Below, piece by piece: positions 61,727 through 64,000 of a DNA stretch of 64,000 nt. The notes beneath the pieces were generated by a model, which saw only the letters and a program-made list of their open reading frames with translations, was not told where the DNA came from and searched no databases. The DNA lies in sequence record PZ445427.1; one strand, given 5' to 3'. Origin of the DNA: a phage. The position numbers and the translations under genes were made by a program. The first letter of the stretch is position 1. Each line of letters opens with the position of its first letter.

Positions 61727-63508
61727 ATGAGTTTTTTCGCAGGAAAATTTAGTGATGGTAAAACTGTATTATCGCTAAACGCTGCTAATGGTGGTGATAC
61801 TGGTGAACACTACTCTCCAAATACTAATAGTATCTTTCACTCAGATATGCCTTTCGTCCTGGTTGATGGGACTTATGAAGCGGCTCTAGGTAATGCAGGT
61901 AATGGATACTTTGTTACTCAGATGCCTTGGGATATTATAAATATTAAATCCAATGATCCGGGTAGAGTTATATTAACTGCTATTGAGATTAATGGTACCC
62001 ATAGAGGATTCCTCAATGGTACTCAATCTCAGGTTGGTAGCTATTTAACTCTTGCGGAGGATCCAGGTTTTAGAGCATTCGCTCAAGTAGGCTTAAGTTC
62101 TGCTTTTGCAATCGGCGATAGTCTAGCACACGGTACTTATATTTATAATAGTGGATTAGGACATGAAGAGTCTATAGCCAGACAAGGTACTGGCGGAACA
62201 ATTATACAATCATCAGATGTGGGTATAGTGAGACCTGGGGGTGTTCCGGTAGGGGAAGCGGTTGCCAGAGCATATGAAATGCTTGGATTTCCTAGAGGAA
62301 CTATTAATGTACCTATAAATGCCGGAGATTTAAACTATTGGGATCCTAACTGGCAGGCACCTATTGGTTCTGCCGGTAGAGGTCATGATCATTTCTACGT
62401 ATGTAACTCAAATATTCGCAGCTATATAGGTAAGAAAAAAGAAATACCGGCAAATGTAAATCATATCTATTCCTCCCCTACTTTTCCTTATCTATATACC
62501 TGTAGAGGTTCGGCTAGTAATATGGGTTCTCAGTCTGTTAACACTGTTTATATTCAGGACTGGTATAATATTACACCTACTAAGGTTATCTGGTATGTTT
62601 TAAACCTACGTTACTCTAATGGTAATATGGTGGTTTCTGGTAATCCATTTACTGGTTCTGATATCCTTATCTCTCCATCTAACTTTACTATTAAAGGGGT
62701 AAGTTTACCTAACTCTGGTTATAAATTTATTAATCAGAATGCCTTTGGTAATCTAGGTTATCGTTCAGATATGGAATATATAGGTAATAATGCTGCGTAT
62801 ACTGGGGTTTTTGGGGATACTACTGCGCGATGTGAATTCATTGGCTCTAGCAATGGTGGATTATGGTCTCCAGTTAACTATGGGGGTGCTGCCTCTCAGA
62901 TTAGTTTATATAAGTTTGGTGCAGGTAAACAATGGTATGTAGATACTAATAGTAATTCCATAGGAAATGAACATGGTCCAGTTTGGAGTCCCTCTACAGT
63001 TCCACTACGATTATTCCCTGGTAACGTTGCTAGTACTTATGTTGGGGATGATATAAATCCATCTTACCCAGCGGCAGGCAACTATTATCAGCCTTTAGCT
63101 ACTGTATGGTTGGGTCTGCCTAATGCTCATTCTACTATTATACTAACCACTGAAGTTATTATGGGTAATATTAATACTGCTGGAATGCCTGTGCGTACTT
63201 ACGGAGGTAGTGCTTGGCAGGTACAAGGTAGACGGCAACAAAGTTATACTGCTGGTGATGGTATATTTCATCAAATACTAACATTGCCTCCAGGATATCT
63301 AGTACCATATCATAGTACTACAGCATATAGTTATACACAGGAATGGGCGAGCCGACCAGATAGTATGATTTTTAGAAGGAATGGTTATATTTATACTATT
63401 AAAAACCTTGGTAATGGCAACGTTGAGTTGGGTGTTATTATCCATGCTGCAGAAGCAGCTGCTATCTTCTTACCAAGACTACGTGTAACAGTTCAACGCC
63501 TAACCTAA
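61727..63508 (+). CDS. tail receptor-binding protein-like (pb5/Oad-like), 593 aa
   Basis: GGAGA RBS; large Gly/Asn/Ser/Tyr-rich beta-type protein; position next to lipoprotein gene; identity by context and composition only. Confidence 0.45.
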   Translation: MSFFAGKFSDGKTVLSLNAANGGDTGEHYSPNTNSIFHSDMPFVLVDGTYEAALGNAGNGYFVTQMPWDIINIKSNDPGRVILTAIEINGTHRGFLNGTQSQVGSYLTLAEDPGFRAFAQVGLSSAFAIGDSLAHGTYIYNSGLGHEESIARQGTGGTIIQSSDVGIVRPGGVPVGEAVARAYEMLGFPRGTINVPINAGDLNYWDPNWQAPIGSAGRGHDHFYVCNSNIRSYIGKKKEIPANVNHIYSSPTFPYLYTCRGSASNMGSQSVNTVYIQDWYNITPTKVIWYVLNLRYSNGNMVVSGNPFTGSDILISPSNFTIKGVSLPNSGYKFINQNAFGNLGYRSDMEYIGNNAAYTGVFGDTTARCEFIGSSNGGLWSPVNYGGAASQISLYKFGAGKQWYVDTNSNSIGNEHGPVWSPSTVPLRLFPGNVASTYVGDDINPSYPAAGNYYQPLATVWLGLPNAHSTIILTTEVIMGNINTAGMPVRTYGGSAWQVQGRRQQSYTAGDGIFHQILTLPPGYLVPYHSTTAYSYTQEWASRPDSMIFRRNGYIYTIKNLGNGNVELGVIIHAAEAAAIFLPRLRVTVQRLT

Positions 63509-63518
63509 AGGAGGATAT

Positions 63519-64000
63519 ATGGCAAATGATGTATTAGTTCCCGATCTCATGTCTCCCGAAGGCATGGATGTTATTGAAGCCTATTTACAGTGTAGTAGCG
63601 ACGTTCCTGCCGCCGCTCGTAGTCTTGGTATGTCCGAGATTGCATTTCGTGATATAATGAATCGTGGAGAAGTTAAAAACTATCTCAACGATATATTTAT
63701 GGAAAGCGGCTTCCGTAACCGTGACCGTTTATTCGGAGTTCTTGATGAAGTTATCAAGCGTAAGCTGGAAGAACTTGAAGAAACTGGCATGGGTTCTGAC
63801 CAGGATATCATGGATATTCTCTGGAAGGCGCATAAGATGAAGATGGAAGAAATGAAAATGATGGTAGAACTGGAGAAAGTGAAGGCAGCAGCTCGTACTC
63901 CGGCTAACCAGACTAACATTCAGAATAATATTATTGCTGGAAGTGGTGACGAAAACTATATGAATCTTATTACCGCTCTAGCAGGAGGGGGTAAGAGATA
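63519..64000 (+). CDS. HTH-containing protein, 5' part (terminase small subunit-like); continues beyond window
   Basis: AAAGGAGGA RBS; N-terminal [16 protein letters not shown] helix-turn-helix then coiled-coil. Confidence 0.35.
   Translation, partial: MANDVLVPDLMSPEGMDVIEAYLQCSSDVPAAARSLGMSEIAFRDIMNRGEVKNYLNDIFMESGFRNRDRLFGVLDEVIKRKLEELEETGMGSDQDIMDILWKAHKMKMEEMKMMVELEKVKAAARTPANQTNIQNNIIAGSGDENYMNLITALAGGGKR

Overview
This window reads as a T5-like (Demerecviridae/Tequintavirus-type) virulent siphophage genome segment. All calls come from reading the six-frame track and raw sequence by eye; no searches or folding were run, so coordinates of RNA and regulatory features are approximate (a few nt). 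Layout: (1) 1-49.2 kb is an early region, almost entirely plus-strand, with nucleotide-metabolism genes (nrdD on minus, phoH, nrdA, nrdB, DHFR, thymidylate synthase, RNase H, dNMP kinase, thioredoxin-like), an NAD module (Sir2-like fragment, NadR-like, PnuC), a holin-endolysin pair, phosphatases, three homing-endonuclease-like genes, and 30 tRNA genes (21.7-31.2 kb plus one at 16.3 kb) covering all 20 amino acids. It is punctuated by about 28 copies of one sigma70 promoter cassette (-35 TTGCTT/TTGCTA, 17-bp spacer, -10 TATAAT, then ATAAATTGAGAGAGGA) that closely resembles the classical T5 P_N25-type promoter. (2) 49.2-50.5 kb is a 1.3-kb ORF-free region packed with three kinds of repeat arrays. 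(3) 50.4-54.9 kb is an eight-gene minus-strand cassette of unknown proteins bracketed by ~120-bp inverted repeats carrying consensus DnaA boxes and near-consensus LexA-type palindromes. (4) 55-60.2 kb is a plus-strand block that looks like the T5 pre-early genes (metallophosphoesterase nuclease resembling A1, HAD-type deoxyribonucleotidase resembling Dmp), with different composition by eye. (5) 60.3-64 kb holds small minus-strand membrane proteins, a lipoprotein and a 593-aa tail receptor-binding-protein-like gene, i.e. the other end of the genome. The most interesting unexplained structures are the IR-bracketed cassette and the adjacent repeat arrays.
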